Shown here piece after piece: positions 25,409 to 37,539 of a stretch of DNA of 64,000 nt; position 1 is the stretch's first letter; each line of letters begins with the position of its first letter. The DNA comes from Octopus vulgaris (Eukaryota): NCBI GenBank assembly GCA_951406725.2, contig OX597815.1:171616001-171680000 (forward strand), in the 5' to 3' direction. Under the pieces are notes generated by a model. It did not search any database. It saw nothing but the letters and a program-made list of their open reading frames with translations, and had not been told where the DNA came from. Made by a program: the position numbers and the translations under genes.

Positions 25409-25587
25409 CTAATAAGGGGAAAAATAAACCTTGACTTTAGAAAATTTATTCAACTTCAGTTCAGTCTCAGCAAAGATATTTAACAGGATAAAAATTTAAA
25501 AGACACCTATCAGTCACTAGTGAAAAGGTAAAATGAAATAAAATGCATATGAAAACATGTACAAACCATTTGTTCAAACAGATATAA

Positions 25588-26000
25588 TTCTTTTATTCTT
25601 TTACTTGTTTCAATCATGTGACTGCAGCTATGCTTGAGCACCACCTTTTAGTTGAGCAAATTAACCCCAGGGCTTTTTTTTTTAAGCCTGGTACTTATTC
25701 TATCAGTGTCTTTTGCTGAGCCGCTAAGTTATGGGTGTGTAAGCACATCAACACGGCTTGTCAAGCAATGAAGGGGGCACAAACACAGACATACACATAA
25801 ATACATACATAAAGACACATACATATAAATACATACATATATATACAACAGGCTTCTTTCAGTTTCTGTCTCCCAAATCCATGCACATTGCTTTGGTTGG
25901 CCCAAGGCTATTGTAAAAGATACTTGCCCAAGGTGTCATGCAATGGGACTGAACCCAAAACCATATGGATGGGAAGCAAGCTTCTTACCACACAGACATG
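25588..26000 (-). mobile_element. SINE family A, heavily CpG-decayed
   Basis: Colinear with 836-1216; most CG dinucleotides read TG or CA. Confidence 0.8.
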
Positions 26001-26119
26001 TATTTTTTAAATGTTTTTCTCATGTTGTATAATTTTATTTTTAGTTAATTAACCTATCTTGGAACCAATTACTAATGTAAGCTGAGGTATGCCTATAGTT
26101 TCTAATTCACACTTGTGAT

Positions 26120-26305
26120 GTAGATGGATGCTGACAACTCCATAAAGAAGTATTGATCACTCAAAGTGGATGGAACTCACAGAAGAGGGAGACCCAGGAA
26201 GACATGGGATGAAGTACTGAAGAACAACCTCAGGATGCTAAACCTTTCAGACAAGATGACAAATGACCAAGATACCTGGTGCCTTGCTGTCTCAAGGAGA
26301 CATGC
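26120..26305 (+). mobile_element. RTE LINE C-terminal remnant
   Basis: VDGTHRRGRPRKTWDEVLKNNL..NL...MTNDQDTW. Confidence 0.75.
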
Positions 26306-26309
26306 CAAC

Positions 26310-26343
<34 letters not shown>

Positions 26344-26860
26344 GTTTAACGTCCGCTTTCCATGCTAGCATGGGTTGGACGATTTTGACTGAGGGCTGGA
26401 GAACCAGATGGCTGCACCAGGCTTCAATCTTGATATGGAAGAGTTTCTACAGCTGGATGCCCTTCCTAACGCCAACCACTCCAAGAGTGTAGTGGGTGCT
26501 TTTTACGCGCCACCAGCATGGAGGCCAGTCAGGTGGTACTGGCAACGACCTCACTTGAATCCTTTTACACATGCCACCAGCACAGGTGCCAGTAAGGCGA
26601 CGTTGGTAACAATCACGCTCAAACGGTGCCCTTTTACGTGCCACTGGCACGGAAGCCAGTTGGCTGCTCTGGCAATGATTACGCTTGGATGGTGCTCTTG
26701 GCACCCTACTTGCACGGGCACAAGTGCCAGTAAGGTGATGCTGGTAATGATCACGCTCGAATGGTGCCCTTTAAGTGCCATTGGCATGGAAGCCGGTTAG
26801 CCGCTCTATCAGTGATCACACTCGTATGGTGCTCTTTGCACCCTGCTAGCACGGACGCCT
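26310..26860 (-). mobile_element. family C element (RTE-type tail, internal tandem units)
   Basis: Tail ccaacccatgctagcatggaaagcggacgttaaacgatgatg; body gcgttaggaagggcatccagctgtagaaac; repeated gtgcca..ggcac units. Confidence 0.8.
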
Positions 26861-27287
26861 ATTTTGATGCAAAAATTTATAAATCTTCAAAAGATTGTTG
26901 CATTTTCTGAAAGATTTTGATTATATTTTCGATTTCATTCCATACTTAAATTTTTTGTTAAAAACACTCAAACATGAATGTAGCATGACAAGCAAAATTA
27001 TGGATGTGACCTTACTAGTGAAGGACAATATTCTGAATAAGTGTCATTGTTAAGTGAAAGAAATCCAGTACTTCACTGTTTCTTATATCATCAAAGAGTA
27101 TGAAAAGGATAAAAGTCAACAAACAACAATGACAAACAAATTTTATAAAGAAGCTTGGTTGCAGCTCAAAAGTCAATGTGAGGCATATAGCAAATATGCA
27201 ATGTGTGTGTGTGTGTGTGGATACATATATAGATACATATACATATATGTGTGTGTTTGTGTGTATTTATACTTATACATGCATCTA

Positions 27288-28345
27288 CAGTAATGCCTCA
27301 ATATATTGGGTTGTCCGGAAAGTTCATGCTGACTTATAGTAGCATACCTTTCGACTTATTTTAGAACTTGGTTGAGTCTATAAAATAGGATTTGACTACA
27401 CTTCCATTTAGAGCACACTTTAAGCTATCTTTTCGTGGAAGAAGCTTTATGTTCCTATAACCTGTGTTAATTCTGTAACCCTTTAAAATGGAAGATAAGA
27501 AAGTTCATTTTCGGCACTTGATGCTTTGGGAACTAGACAAAAATTGCTGCAGCTCGGCTGGGATGAGTTACCCTACCCTCCATATTCACCAGATATTACT
27601 CCTTTGGATTTCCACTTATTCAGGTCTCTGTAGAATAGTCTTAATGGTAAAAATTTCAGTTCCTTGGATGACATAAAAAGATACCTTGATGAATTTTTTG
27701 GTATGAAACCACCTCAGTTCTGGGAAGAGGGTATTTTCAAGTTAATGGAAAGATGGAGACGCATTGTGTAACAAAATGGTTCATATTTGGTTAATTAAAA
27801 ATGCAATGGCAAGTATTTATTGACCTTTTTCTTTCCTTTAAAAATCGGCATGAACTTCCTGGACAACCCAATACAAGTTAATTCGTTCCTGGAGACTACT
27901 TGTAAAGCAATAATTTCTCACAATAGCTATGTTATAAATCATAATTCGTTCCCAGATAAATATTTTACAAAAAAATTCTTTAAATACTAGTAAATAAATG
28001 ACAATAAAATAATAGTAGAATGTAAAGAATATTTTATGTAAAGTAAAAAGAATCTCAAGATCATTTATAATCAAAAACATTATTATTATAATCGTTTTCT
28101 GAATCATTTTCACTTGCACTAGACTCACATACACTATCACTTGTAGACATGATCACTGATTCACCAGCACTCATAGACAGACTTGTAGATTTCTTTTTAA
28201 AAAACAAATCTAGAGTTGTTTGCTAAGAAGAAGCTTTTTTGCTCTCTATAAATTTCTTGGTAACATGCAGAAGCATTTGTTATGGTAGCAGAAAATTCTG
28301 CACTTTGTTCAAAATTTGGGTCTTGTGCTTGAAAAATTTCAGCTC
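27288..28345 (-). mobile_element. Tigger/pogo-like relic (TIR split by a mariner)
   Basis: Reconstructed TIR cagtaatgcctcaatatacaagttaattcgttcc; minus 28345-28150 reads FQAQDPNFEQSAEF..ASACYQEIYRE..QTTLDLFFKK. Confidence 0.72.
27306..27871 (+). mobile_element. internally deleted mariner element
   Basis: TA-flanked TIRs ttgggttgtccggaaagttcatgc / gcatgaacttcctggacaacccaa; MEDKKVHFRHLMLWE and LPYPPYSPDITPLDFHLFRSL..FWEEGIFKLMERW. Confidence 0.92.
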
Positions 28346-28576
28346 ACCATACATACACACATACACTCAAATACACATCATTCTTTACTTATGAGTAATA
28401 AATATAAACCCCTAAACACTAGCCAAAACTACTGAACCATAACAGAACCATCTCACCAAACAAGCCTTTCCTGGCTCCACAAAAACTATATGAAATCAGA
28501 ATAATCTTGAACTACCATTTGATCATGTGACTGCCATCAACCATCCACGCTATTTTTAAAGAGAAAGCAATTCTAA

Positions 28577-28805
28577 CCCTTTTGATACCAACCTGGCCAA
28601 AGCCACCTCTAGCTCTACCACCTGTAGTACAAATTTCTTGTTTTCATAAGTATTGAATTAAAATCTTCTACCAAACCTTAGTTGCAATTTATGTTCCCAA
28701 CACTAGCTTAATGATAACTAAGTTCTTTTACTAAATTCTTTGTTATATTTAAAATTAATTAAATGAAACACAGAACATCTCAAAATAAATACAGTAATGA
28801 AAGGG
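28577..28805. mobile_element. piggyBac-like MITE copy 3, CTAA-flanked
   Basis: ctaa on both sides; homologous to the other two copies. Confidence 0.85.
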
Positions 28806-29439
28806 CTAAGCCACCTTTTTTAAAAAACAGAACCATCTTTTGATCACATGACTGATATCAACTAACCACATTGTTTTTTTTAAAAAGAAGGCAATTTTGA
28901 GCCACCATTTCTATATAAAATAGCAATAACTGTCAAATTCCATCCAGATGCAAGATACTACAGCCAGATCCAAGAACTATAAATGGTCTGTTATTTTTTC
29001 AATTTTAAGATACTGCAAACAATTATGGTTTCTGATCACAATGAGACTAAAACTTTATCACCAACTGATTGACAAACCGGACACATTTTATCAAAGATTC
29101 ACTTGATTTGAATATATTTATTTAAACTAATTTTTATCTTCTTATCATTGTAAAAAATTTCATTACCTGATCTGAATATTTTTGTGTAAACTAATTTTTG
29201 ACTCATCACAGAGGATACACAATGCCTCAAACTTTTTATCATTGTAAAGACTCTTATCACTTGATTTGAATATATTTTTGTAAACTAATTTTTGACACCA
29301 CAGAGGATTCACAAAAGCTCGCACTTTGCTTTTGAAAATCTTTTTAAATAAGTGAAACTGGTTAAGTTAATAAATACTTTTAAAAGTCTCCTGCATTTTC
29401 AGATTCTTTTCCTTATATTTTTACCTGTTTATATATATA

Positions 29440-29617
29440 TTTTTTTTTTCTCTCCTTTTTTTCTCTGTTTTTTTCTCTCCTTTTTTCTCTCCTTGTGTCT
29501 CTCCTTGTTTTCTGTCTCCCTTTCTGTAGAAGAACGTAGGTTCGAAACGTTATACTAATACATCTGTTTGTTTTGTACACCACCAGTCTTCATCTTTTGT
29601 TTTTTTTCGTAAACTCT

Positions 29618-29620
<3 letters not shown>
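29440..29620 (+). mobile_element. PLE-type terminal fragment with variant hammerhead
   Basis: CUGUAGA-A-GAAC-guag-GUUC-GAAAC-GUU at 29524-29551; homologous to 35080-35270; ends in (TA)n. Confidence 0.7.
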
Positions 29621-29652
<32 letters not shown>

Positions 29653-29661
29653 TATATATCC

Positions 29662-29715
<54 letters not shown>

Positions 29716-29738
29716 CATATATACATATATATATATAT

Positions 29739-30124
29739 TGGCCTCCGTGCTGTGGGCACGTAACAAACACCATCCGATCGTGGCCGTTCGCCAGCCTCAT
29801 CTGGCACTTGTGTCGGTGGCACATAAAAACACCATCCGAGCGTGGCCGTCTGCCAACCTCGTCTGGCACCTGTGTCGGTGGCACATAAAAAACACCATCC
29901 GAGCGTGGCCGTTCGCCAGCCTCGTCTACACCTGTGTCGGTGGCACATAAAATCACCCACTACACTCTCGGAGTGGTTGGCGTTAGGAAGGGCATCCAGC
30001 TGTAGAAACACTGCCAGATCTGACTGGCCTGGTGCAGCCTTCAGGCTCCCCAGACCCCAGTTGAACCGTCCAACCCATGCTAGCATGGAAAGCGGACGTT
30101 AAATGATGATGATGATGATGATGA
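29739..30124 (+). mobile_element. family C element with three ~60-bp tandem units
   Basis: accatccgaKcgtggccgt..ctggcac.tgtgtcggtggcacataaaa three times, then the shared body and (GAT)n tail. Confidence 0.82.
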
Positions 30125-30385
30125 TATATATGGATATAAATATATAAATGTGAATGCATGAGAGGGAGAGAGAGAGAGAGCAAGAGTGAGTGTGTGTGTG
30201 TGTGTCTGTGTCTGTGCATGTGTGTGTTTGTGTACACACATGCTCATGTGTCTGTGTCGGTGAGTTTATCGGGTGCAGGGGTCACTCCTACCATATACCA
30301 GATGATAAAATACAATGATAAAATATGATAGCATCACATAATTAAAGCGCTTATTGATGCCATTAGGAATCTCTATTGCATGTCC

Positions 30386-30530
30386 AGTACAAATACCAGC
30401 TTGGATCCTGGCATGAATAAGACCGCTATTGTGGATCCAAAACAAAAATCAGCTTGGTGTCTGGCACAAATAAGGCCACTATTCAAGGGTCATATACAAA
30501 TACTAGCTTGTTCTCTGGCATGAATAAAAC
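30386..30530. repeat. ~54-bp degenerate tandem repeat (about 3 units)
   Basis: acaaa..cagcttgg..ctggcaYRaataa repeated. Confidence 0.6.
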
Positions 30531-30639
30531 CATCTCAAGCAGCAATATGAAAAAGGATTGAAAGAATAACTATACTACCTGGTCCATCATGCAGGTAAAC
30601 AAGGGATGTGTTTGAATCTTAGGTGGAGGTATATGTTTA

Positions 30640-32390
30640 AAATATATATTGCAGTCTCCACCTAATGTTGATACAACCAGCAATAACCCAACAACATGTT
30701 GTAGGAGGTGTGGAGTGGGAGTAAAAAAGATGCATGTCCTAGGCCCGCAAAGTGGATCCAGGAGGGAACAACTGTTGATGATTAGGAATTGGAATGTCAC
30801 AAACCTTATGGGTAAAGAGGAAGAACTAGTGGAAGAGAACAAATGCTACTGACTAGATATAGTCAGTGTCTTTTTTCTACAAGATTCCATGGCTCTGATA
30901 CAGTAGAATACTTTGATGGAGGGTGGAAACTTCATTATCCAGATGTGCTGCCAACATCTGTACAGCAAACACCCTGCTGTCAATTTGTGTTATGGGATGG
31001 ATCCCACTAGGTGGGAGGGTTTGCTTTCTGAAACTTAGGTAGAAGGAAGGATCATTGTGGCTGTTGCAAATATATACACGAAACAGCAAGGCCTAATGCA
31101 ATATTCTTCCCTCGATGAAGTCATTTTGACCTTAGATGTAGTTAAGACTGAGTCATTTGCCCTACAAAATGACTTCAATGCACATGTTGGCATTGATCAC
31201 TCAATGTGAACTGAGAGGCCTTGATAACTTCTATGCTGGAAAATGGATTCCCACAGGGTTATCCTAAGTATACCTGGAAAATGGATATTTTGGAATCTCT
31301 TTGATTCTGTGCTGGACTTTTGTATAAAAAGAGGCACTGAGCAATCAACTGACCACCACTTAATAGTCTGTAACTGGAGATTATCTACAGCAGAGAGGAC
31401 GCACAAAACTAGGAAGTCCTCTGCAACTTACAGGAAAATCTGGTGGATGATGTGATCAGAAACAAATACATGGACACTATTGTCCAAGTTTGCTTCCATC
31501 TTCGATGCAGTATAATTGACCAGATATTCACTGTACAGTGGGTCTTTGAGAAAATGTGGGAATATTGCTAAGAGGCGTACGCTTGCTTTGAAAGATACAT
31601 AGCTGTGTTCATGCTGAGGAGAATTATACGAGAATTTGAGATCAATGGGCAACTTCTGGTTGCTGTTAAGTCCCTATACAAATGCCGCGATGTTTGAGTT
31701 AGGATAAGTGATGCTAAATCAAAATCTTTTAATCTGGGTGTTCAACAATGGTAGGGATGCATATTGTCACCTCTCCTTTTCATAATTTCTATGAACTGGA
31801 GTGACAATCGCATCCGTTGTGGAACTGATATCACAACTGATAAATGTATGATCAGTTGACTAATAATTGCAGATGACTTGATGCTCTTTGGCTCATCAGG
31901 TGTTCTCTAGTGTGCTCTTGATGGATTAGCTGCCGTGTGCTGCAAGGCAGGGATAAGTATGAGTATTATAAAGACTGAGACATTGGTCCACCCTAGAAAG
32001 TCTTTCCAATGCACTTTGCATGTTAGTGGAACATTGTTTAAGTAAGAGAAATTTAAGTATCTCGGGGCTGTATTCATGAGTGATGGGAAGCTGGGGAGTG
32101 AATTGGATGCTGGAATTGTAAGTACTGGTACAATTATGTACTAGCTGCAGCATTCAACTATCAGAAGGGGAGAGGTTAGTAAAAAAGCAATTTTCAACTC
32201 ATTTCCGTGCCTTTCTTTACCTATGGTAATGAATGTTGGGTAACGACAAAGAGAGTATGATCAAGAATACCAGCGGTCGAAATGGGTTTCCTCCAAAGGA
32301 TCACTGTTGCTTGACTGAGTGCATAACTCAGAGATCAGGGAGACTCTCTAGTGTGAGCCACTACTTCTCCACATTGAAAAGTGATATCCC
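30640..32390 (+). mobile_element. degenerate RTE LINE (APE and RT pieces)
   Basis: IRNWNVTNLMGKEEELVEE..LDIV (APE start); GCILSPLLFII; IADDLML; FKYLGAVFMSDG; many stops. Confidence 0.82.
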
Positions 32391-32462
32391 CACCGATACA
32401 ACAAACTATTATACTTAATATATTTAATATACTTAAAGTGTCTAATTTGTTTATCTGCATAA

Positions 32463-32742
32463 CGTCGCTTCACTGGCACCTGTGCCAGTGGCACGTGTAA
32501 AAAGATTCGAGTGAGATCATTGCCAGTACCGCCTGACTGGCCCCCGTGCCAGTGACACATAAAAAGCACCCACTACACTCTCGGAGTGATTAGCGTTAGG
32601 AAGGGCATCCAGCTGTAGAATCTCTGCCAGATCAAGTTTGGAGCCTGGTGCAGCCATCTGGTTCACCAGCCCTCAGTCAAAATCGTCCACCCCATGCTAG
32701 CATGGAAAGCGGACGTTAAACGATGATGATGATGATGATGAT
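32463..32742 (+). mobile_element. family C element
   Basis: gcgttaggaagggcatccagctgtagaa...catgctagcatggaaagcggacgttaaacgatgatg. Confidence 0.8.
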
Positions 32743-32825
32743 ATATATATATATATATACACACACACAGAGATAGATAGATACATACATACATACAGAC
32801 AGACAGACAGACATATATATATATA

Positions 32826-33238
32826 CTCTTTTACTCTTTTACTCTTTTACTTGTTTCAGTCAGTTGTCTGCGGCCATGCTGGAGTACCGCCTTTTTAGTT
32901 GAGCAACTCGACCCCGGGACCTATTCTTTGCAAGCCCAGCACTTATTCTATCTGTCTCCTTTGCCGAACCGCCAAGTGACGGGGATGCAAACACACCAGC
33001 ATCGGTTGTCAAGCAATGGTGGGGGGGACAAACACAGACACACAAACATACACGCACATATATATATATACATATATACGACGAGCTTCTTTCAGTTTCC
33101 GTCTACCAAATCCACTCACAAGGCATTGGTCGGCCCGAAGCTATAGCAGAAGACACTTGCCCAAGGTGCCACGCAGTGGGACTGAATCCGGAACCATGTG
33201 GTTGGTAGGCAAGCTACTTACCACACAGCCACTCCTGT
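32826..33238 (-). mobile_element. SINE family A copy
   Basis: Colinear with 836-1216. Confidence 0.85.
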
Positions 33239-33464
33239 GTATATATATGTAACAGCTGTTGTTAAGGTGTTGGTTGCCAGTATGCAAGATGGAAGAAGAA
33301 CAGTGATTGAAATTGTAAAGAGATATTTATTTATTGTTACTTTGTATATATCCAAAACCACAACGGGTTGGTATGTATAATTAGTAAATAGAAAAAAGCA
33401 TGTGAGGAAAAAGGAATTAATTTCAGCCTGTATGTGTGTACATGATCTCATAGTAGTATATAGA

Positions 33465-34335
33465 GCGAGATATGGTAATGTTCCACAGAAAAGAAAGTGA
33501 GTTAGTGAAACTGAGAGTGGTGGGACAAGACAGCTTCTATGTTGGCTAATTCCATAGTTGCCACTGTGTGAAGTTACCTCAGTCCAGACAGTATTTTGCT
33601 TGAGCTGATCAGCTGCCTCTCCGTCAGTCGCTCTCACTAACTGACTTTGGCTTACGGAGTTCTTGTTTTTATAACTATCCAAAACTAACCAGAAGAATAG
33701 ACATATTGTTGAGAACAATAGATTTCGTTGGAGGTCTGTTGTCTTTATTCTAGCTTTTGGTGGCCTAGAGGAAGTTAGAAGGGTCAAGTGGTGAAGACAT
33801 TATTCCAGCTATTGTTTTACCATGAGAAAAGTGCTGTTGAACTGTTGAGTGAAATTTGGTGATCGGGGATCAAATCCACGCTATGCCTGCATGAAGCCAC
33901 TACATCATTCCTGCTCCAGAGAGGTTCCGAAAAAAAGAAACGAACAGTCAAGGAAGAGAAAGAAATGCATGGCCAATGAAAAATTTTGCATATCAGAAGA
34001 GAGGATCATTGAAGACTATACGGGATAGATATGGTAATGTTCCAGAGAAAAGAAAGTGAGTTAATGAAAGTGAGAATGGTGGGATGAGACAGCTTCTACA
34101 TTGACTAATTCCATAGTTGTCACTCTGTGAAGTTACCTCAATTGAGACAGCATTTCGCTTGAGCTGGTCAGCTGCCTCTCTGTCAGTCGCTCTCACTAAC
34201 TGACTTTGGCTTACAGAGTTTTTGTTTTTAAAACTATCCAAAGCCAACCAGAAGAATAGACATATTGTTGAGAACAATAGATTTCGTTGGAGGTCTGTTG
34301 TCCCTATTCTAGCTTTTGGTGGCCTAGAAGGGGTT
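33465..34335. repeat. two direct copies of a ~310-bp module (third partial copy at 35790-36115)
   Basis: agatatggtaatgttcca...ggtggcctaga at 33468-33768 and 34027-34328. Confidence 0.88.
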
Positions 34336-34629
34336 CTCCTCATCTAACCCCCCTCTCCCCCTCCTCATCTAACCCCCCTCTCCCCCCTCCTCACCTATCC
34401 TTTCCCCCCGACCCCTACTTCTTCAGTCCTTCATCCTTTCACCCCTACTCCCCTTCCCTTCTTCCCTCTTTCTCCCTCCTTCCCTCTTCCCCTTCCCTCA
34501 CTCCCTCTCTCCCCTTCTCCCTCCTTCCTCCCCCTCCTTCTCCTCTCTCCCCCATCCTCTCCTCTTCCCCCTCCCCCTCTTCTCCTCACTACACCACACG
34601 ACTTTACACATCACATCATATATGATGTG

Positions 34630-34960
34630 CCATACTAATACATACACCAACTAATACATACTAATACGTACTAATACATACTAATACATACTAATACATA
34701 CACCAACCCTATACATACACACGTCCAGACCCCTCATACGCACTTATACTCTCTCATACACACACACACACTTATACATACTAATACGTACTAATACATA
34801 CTAATACATACTAATACATACACCAACCCCATACATACGCACGTCCAGACCAATCCTACGCACTAATACTCTCTCATACACACACACACACACACCCTTA
34901 TACATACTAATACATACACCAACCCTATACATACACACGTCCAGACCCCTCCTACGCACT
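34630..34960. repeat. minisatellite of ctaatacata and cacgtccagac units
   Basis: Three composite units; preceded by a polypyrimidine tract at 34337-34590. Confidence 0.8.
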
Positions 34961-35133
34961 ATTAGCTGGTCCTTCAACCCTATTATCAAACCTATTATCT
35001 CCCCTTATTTCGCTCTCGCGTCTCATGTTTGATCTTTGACCTCTGGCCGAAATCAGATCGCCATGTTGATTCGTTAGCTACTGCACGCATTTTTTTTCTC
35101 TCCTTCTTTCTGTGTTTTTTTTCTCTCTGTGTA

Positions 35134-35171
35134 TCTTTCTGTTGAAGAGCGTAGGCTCGAAACGTTAAAGA
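35134..35171 (+). ncRNA. type I minimal hammerhead, A6U core variant
   Basis: UCUUU-CUGUUGA-A-GAGC-guag-GCUC-GAAAC-GUU-AAAGA; stems I and II perfect. Confidence 0.75.
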
Positions 35172-35268
35172 CTTGTTTTATTTATATTTCCTGAGCGCCA
35201 TACTAATACAATTGTTCGTTTGTTTTCCACCTGCCTTCGTCTTTTGTCTATTTTCATAAAGCTTCCCG

Positions 35269-35336
<68 letters not shown>

Positions 35337-35424
35337 GTACATGCTATATAGACACACATTTATACATAGTTACATACATACACACTCAAACACGCATATA
35401 TACATATATATATATTTATTTATA

Positions 35425-37301
35425 CTAGCTGGTGTACCTGGTAATTCATGAGGGTAAAGATGTTCTATTGAAACGCCTTATTACTCTGATATAAGAAAGC
35501 AATTTCGTTATAACTGCCACAAAAGGTGTATTTTCTTTCGTGAAAAAGTACAAAAAACTCTCAGCTGGAGGAGGGAGAGATTGTTGGAGGTTGGCAAGAG
35601 AGGTTTTCGGAGTTTGGCGAGAAAGTACTCTGAGTCGTCGTGGTATTTTAAAGGTGAATTTTATGAAGGCTAATTTATTAAAGGTAATATATAAATGTAG
35701 TATATATGTATATAAATATATGAATGAAATGTTTAATATTTAAGAACGAAATGAAGAAAGTGCAATAATAACGTTCACACTTACTGATGCTCGCTCTCAG
35801 TAACTGCCTTTAGTTTACGGAGTTCTTGTTTTTATAACTATCGAAAAGAAACCAGAAAGATAGACATATTGTTGAGAACAAATGATTTCGTTGGAGGTCT
35901 GTTATCTCCATTCCAGCCCCTGGTGGCCTAGATGAAGTTAGAAGGGTCAAGTGGCAAAGACATTATTCTGCTTAGCGAAGGCATCTGGGAAATGTATAAC
36001 TGCTGTCATTCACAGAAAAACTATTGTTTTACCGTGATAAAAGCGCTGTTGAAGTGTTAAGTGAAATTTGGTTATCAAGGATCGAATCCACGCTATGCCT
36101 GCATGAAGCCACTACAATAAAACAATTATCTACTGTCATGGAAAAAGTGTAACTAAAAATGCAGAATTATTGGAATAATGGGCATTGAAAAAAGTATGTA
36201 TGTATAGAAATGTATGAATGAAGTCTTTAAGGTTTAACATGAAAATCAAGGAAGTGCAATAATAATGGTTAGCAGTTCAAAACTGAGTAGTGAAATGTAG
36301 AATTAGATCGGCTGATCGTGAGAATCAAATATTGATCGCTTTGCTAAAAACTGCAGGTGGTATGGGCCATTTCCTTTGGGTTGTTTAAATAAAATACTAG
36401 TAGCATGTAGTAGATAGAAGGATCCATTGGAGGGGCCCTATTATCGATTTTTCAACAATTTAAGTAAGTCACAAGGTTTCCAGACATGAGTTCTACTCAC
36501 GTATCAAATAAAGTATAAAAGTGATATTGTCTGCAAAAATTAGAAATTGGACACACAAAAAATCAATATTCAAAATAATCCAACATAGTAAAATCTGTAA
36601 AATATTTCTAAATTCGATGGCTCAAATAGTTTCATGGAAATGTTGTATGAACTGTAAATAAGCAATAAATATTATGATTTGTAAAGTAAGTATAAGTGAT
36701 ACAGGGTGTCCCAACTGAATGTGGTGTGGAAGTTTGGTTTCATTTATTAAAAATTTTAAGCATTCAAAGTATGAGTTCATTGTATTGGGACACCCTTTTT
36801 AAATACGTTCTGGAATCAAAAATTTATGTACTGTCATCGAAAACTTTTAACTGGAAAAATGCAGAATTATTGGAGTTATGGGCATTGAAAGTGTACATGC
36901 ATCAAGAAAGAGCAATAATAAGGTTTAGCAGTTGAAAACTGTGAGTAGTGAAATGCAAAATTAGGTCCGCTGATCGTGAGAATCAAATATTGATCGCTTC
37001 GCTAGCTAAAAACTAACAACTGTAAGTGGAGGTGCTATGGGTTATTTCTCTTGTATTGTGCAGGTGCTATGGGTTATTTCCCTCGGGTGTTTAAAAAAAT
37101 TATTATACGAAGTAGATATAAAGATCCCTTCCATGGGCCGTATTATCGATTTTATTTTGTCAATCTAAGTATGTCACGAGGTTTTCAGTCATGAGTTCTA
37201 CTCATGTGTCAAGTTTCAACAAAATCAATAAAACTATGTAGGAGGAGTTAGCTAACAACGCCACAAACAAACACACACCGATTTTCCACATATGTAGTAG
37301 A
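35425..37301 (-). mobile_element. non-autonomous Helitron (5'-TC...CTAG-3', inserted between A and T)
   Basis: Minus starts A|TCTACTACATATGTGGAAAATCGGTGTGTGTTTGTTTG and ends TACC..GGTACACCAGCTAG|T; no TSD; internal duplication 36130-36505 / 36830-37212. Confidence 0.72.
36702..36797. mobile_element. small Tc1-like MITE inside the Helitron
   Basis: ta-cagggtgtccca ... tgggacaccct. Confidence 0.6.
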
Positions 37302-37389
37302 TATATATATACACACACGGAGAGAAAGAGAGAGAGAGAGAGAGAGAGGGGGGTTTAAGGGCTTCAGATCTGACATCACATACCTAGTA

Positions 37390-37532
37390 GAGCCGTCTTA
37401 ACCAGGGAACTCGACCCTATAGTATGTATTTATGGACAGAAAACCAGAAGTTACATAGGTCAGGACCGGGCCCCTAGACCCGTGAGGCTCCTGGACAACT
37501 ACCCGGTGTGTCCATGCCTTGAGACGACCATG
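37390..37532. mobile_element. hAT-like MITE (related copy at 38309-38670 interrupted by a mariner MITE)
   Basis: gccgtcttaa...ttgagacgacc termini with gggcccc subterminal motif. Confidence 0.5.
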
Positions 37533-37539
37533 ATACCTA

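Noticed and set aside
29768-29955. CRISPR-like repeat array
   Set aside because: Whole units are homologous with no unique spacers, the context is a eukaryotic retroelement, and there are no cas genes.
33218-34343. Paralogous ORFs (189 aa and 116 aa) suggesting a gene family
   Set aside because: They arise from a duplicated repeat module, have no recognisable domain or splice structure, and the third copy is not an open ORF.
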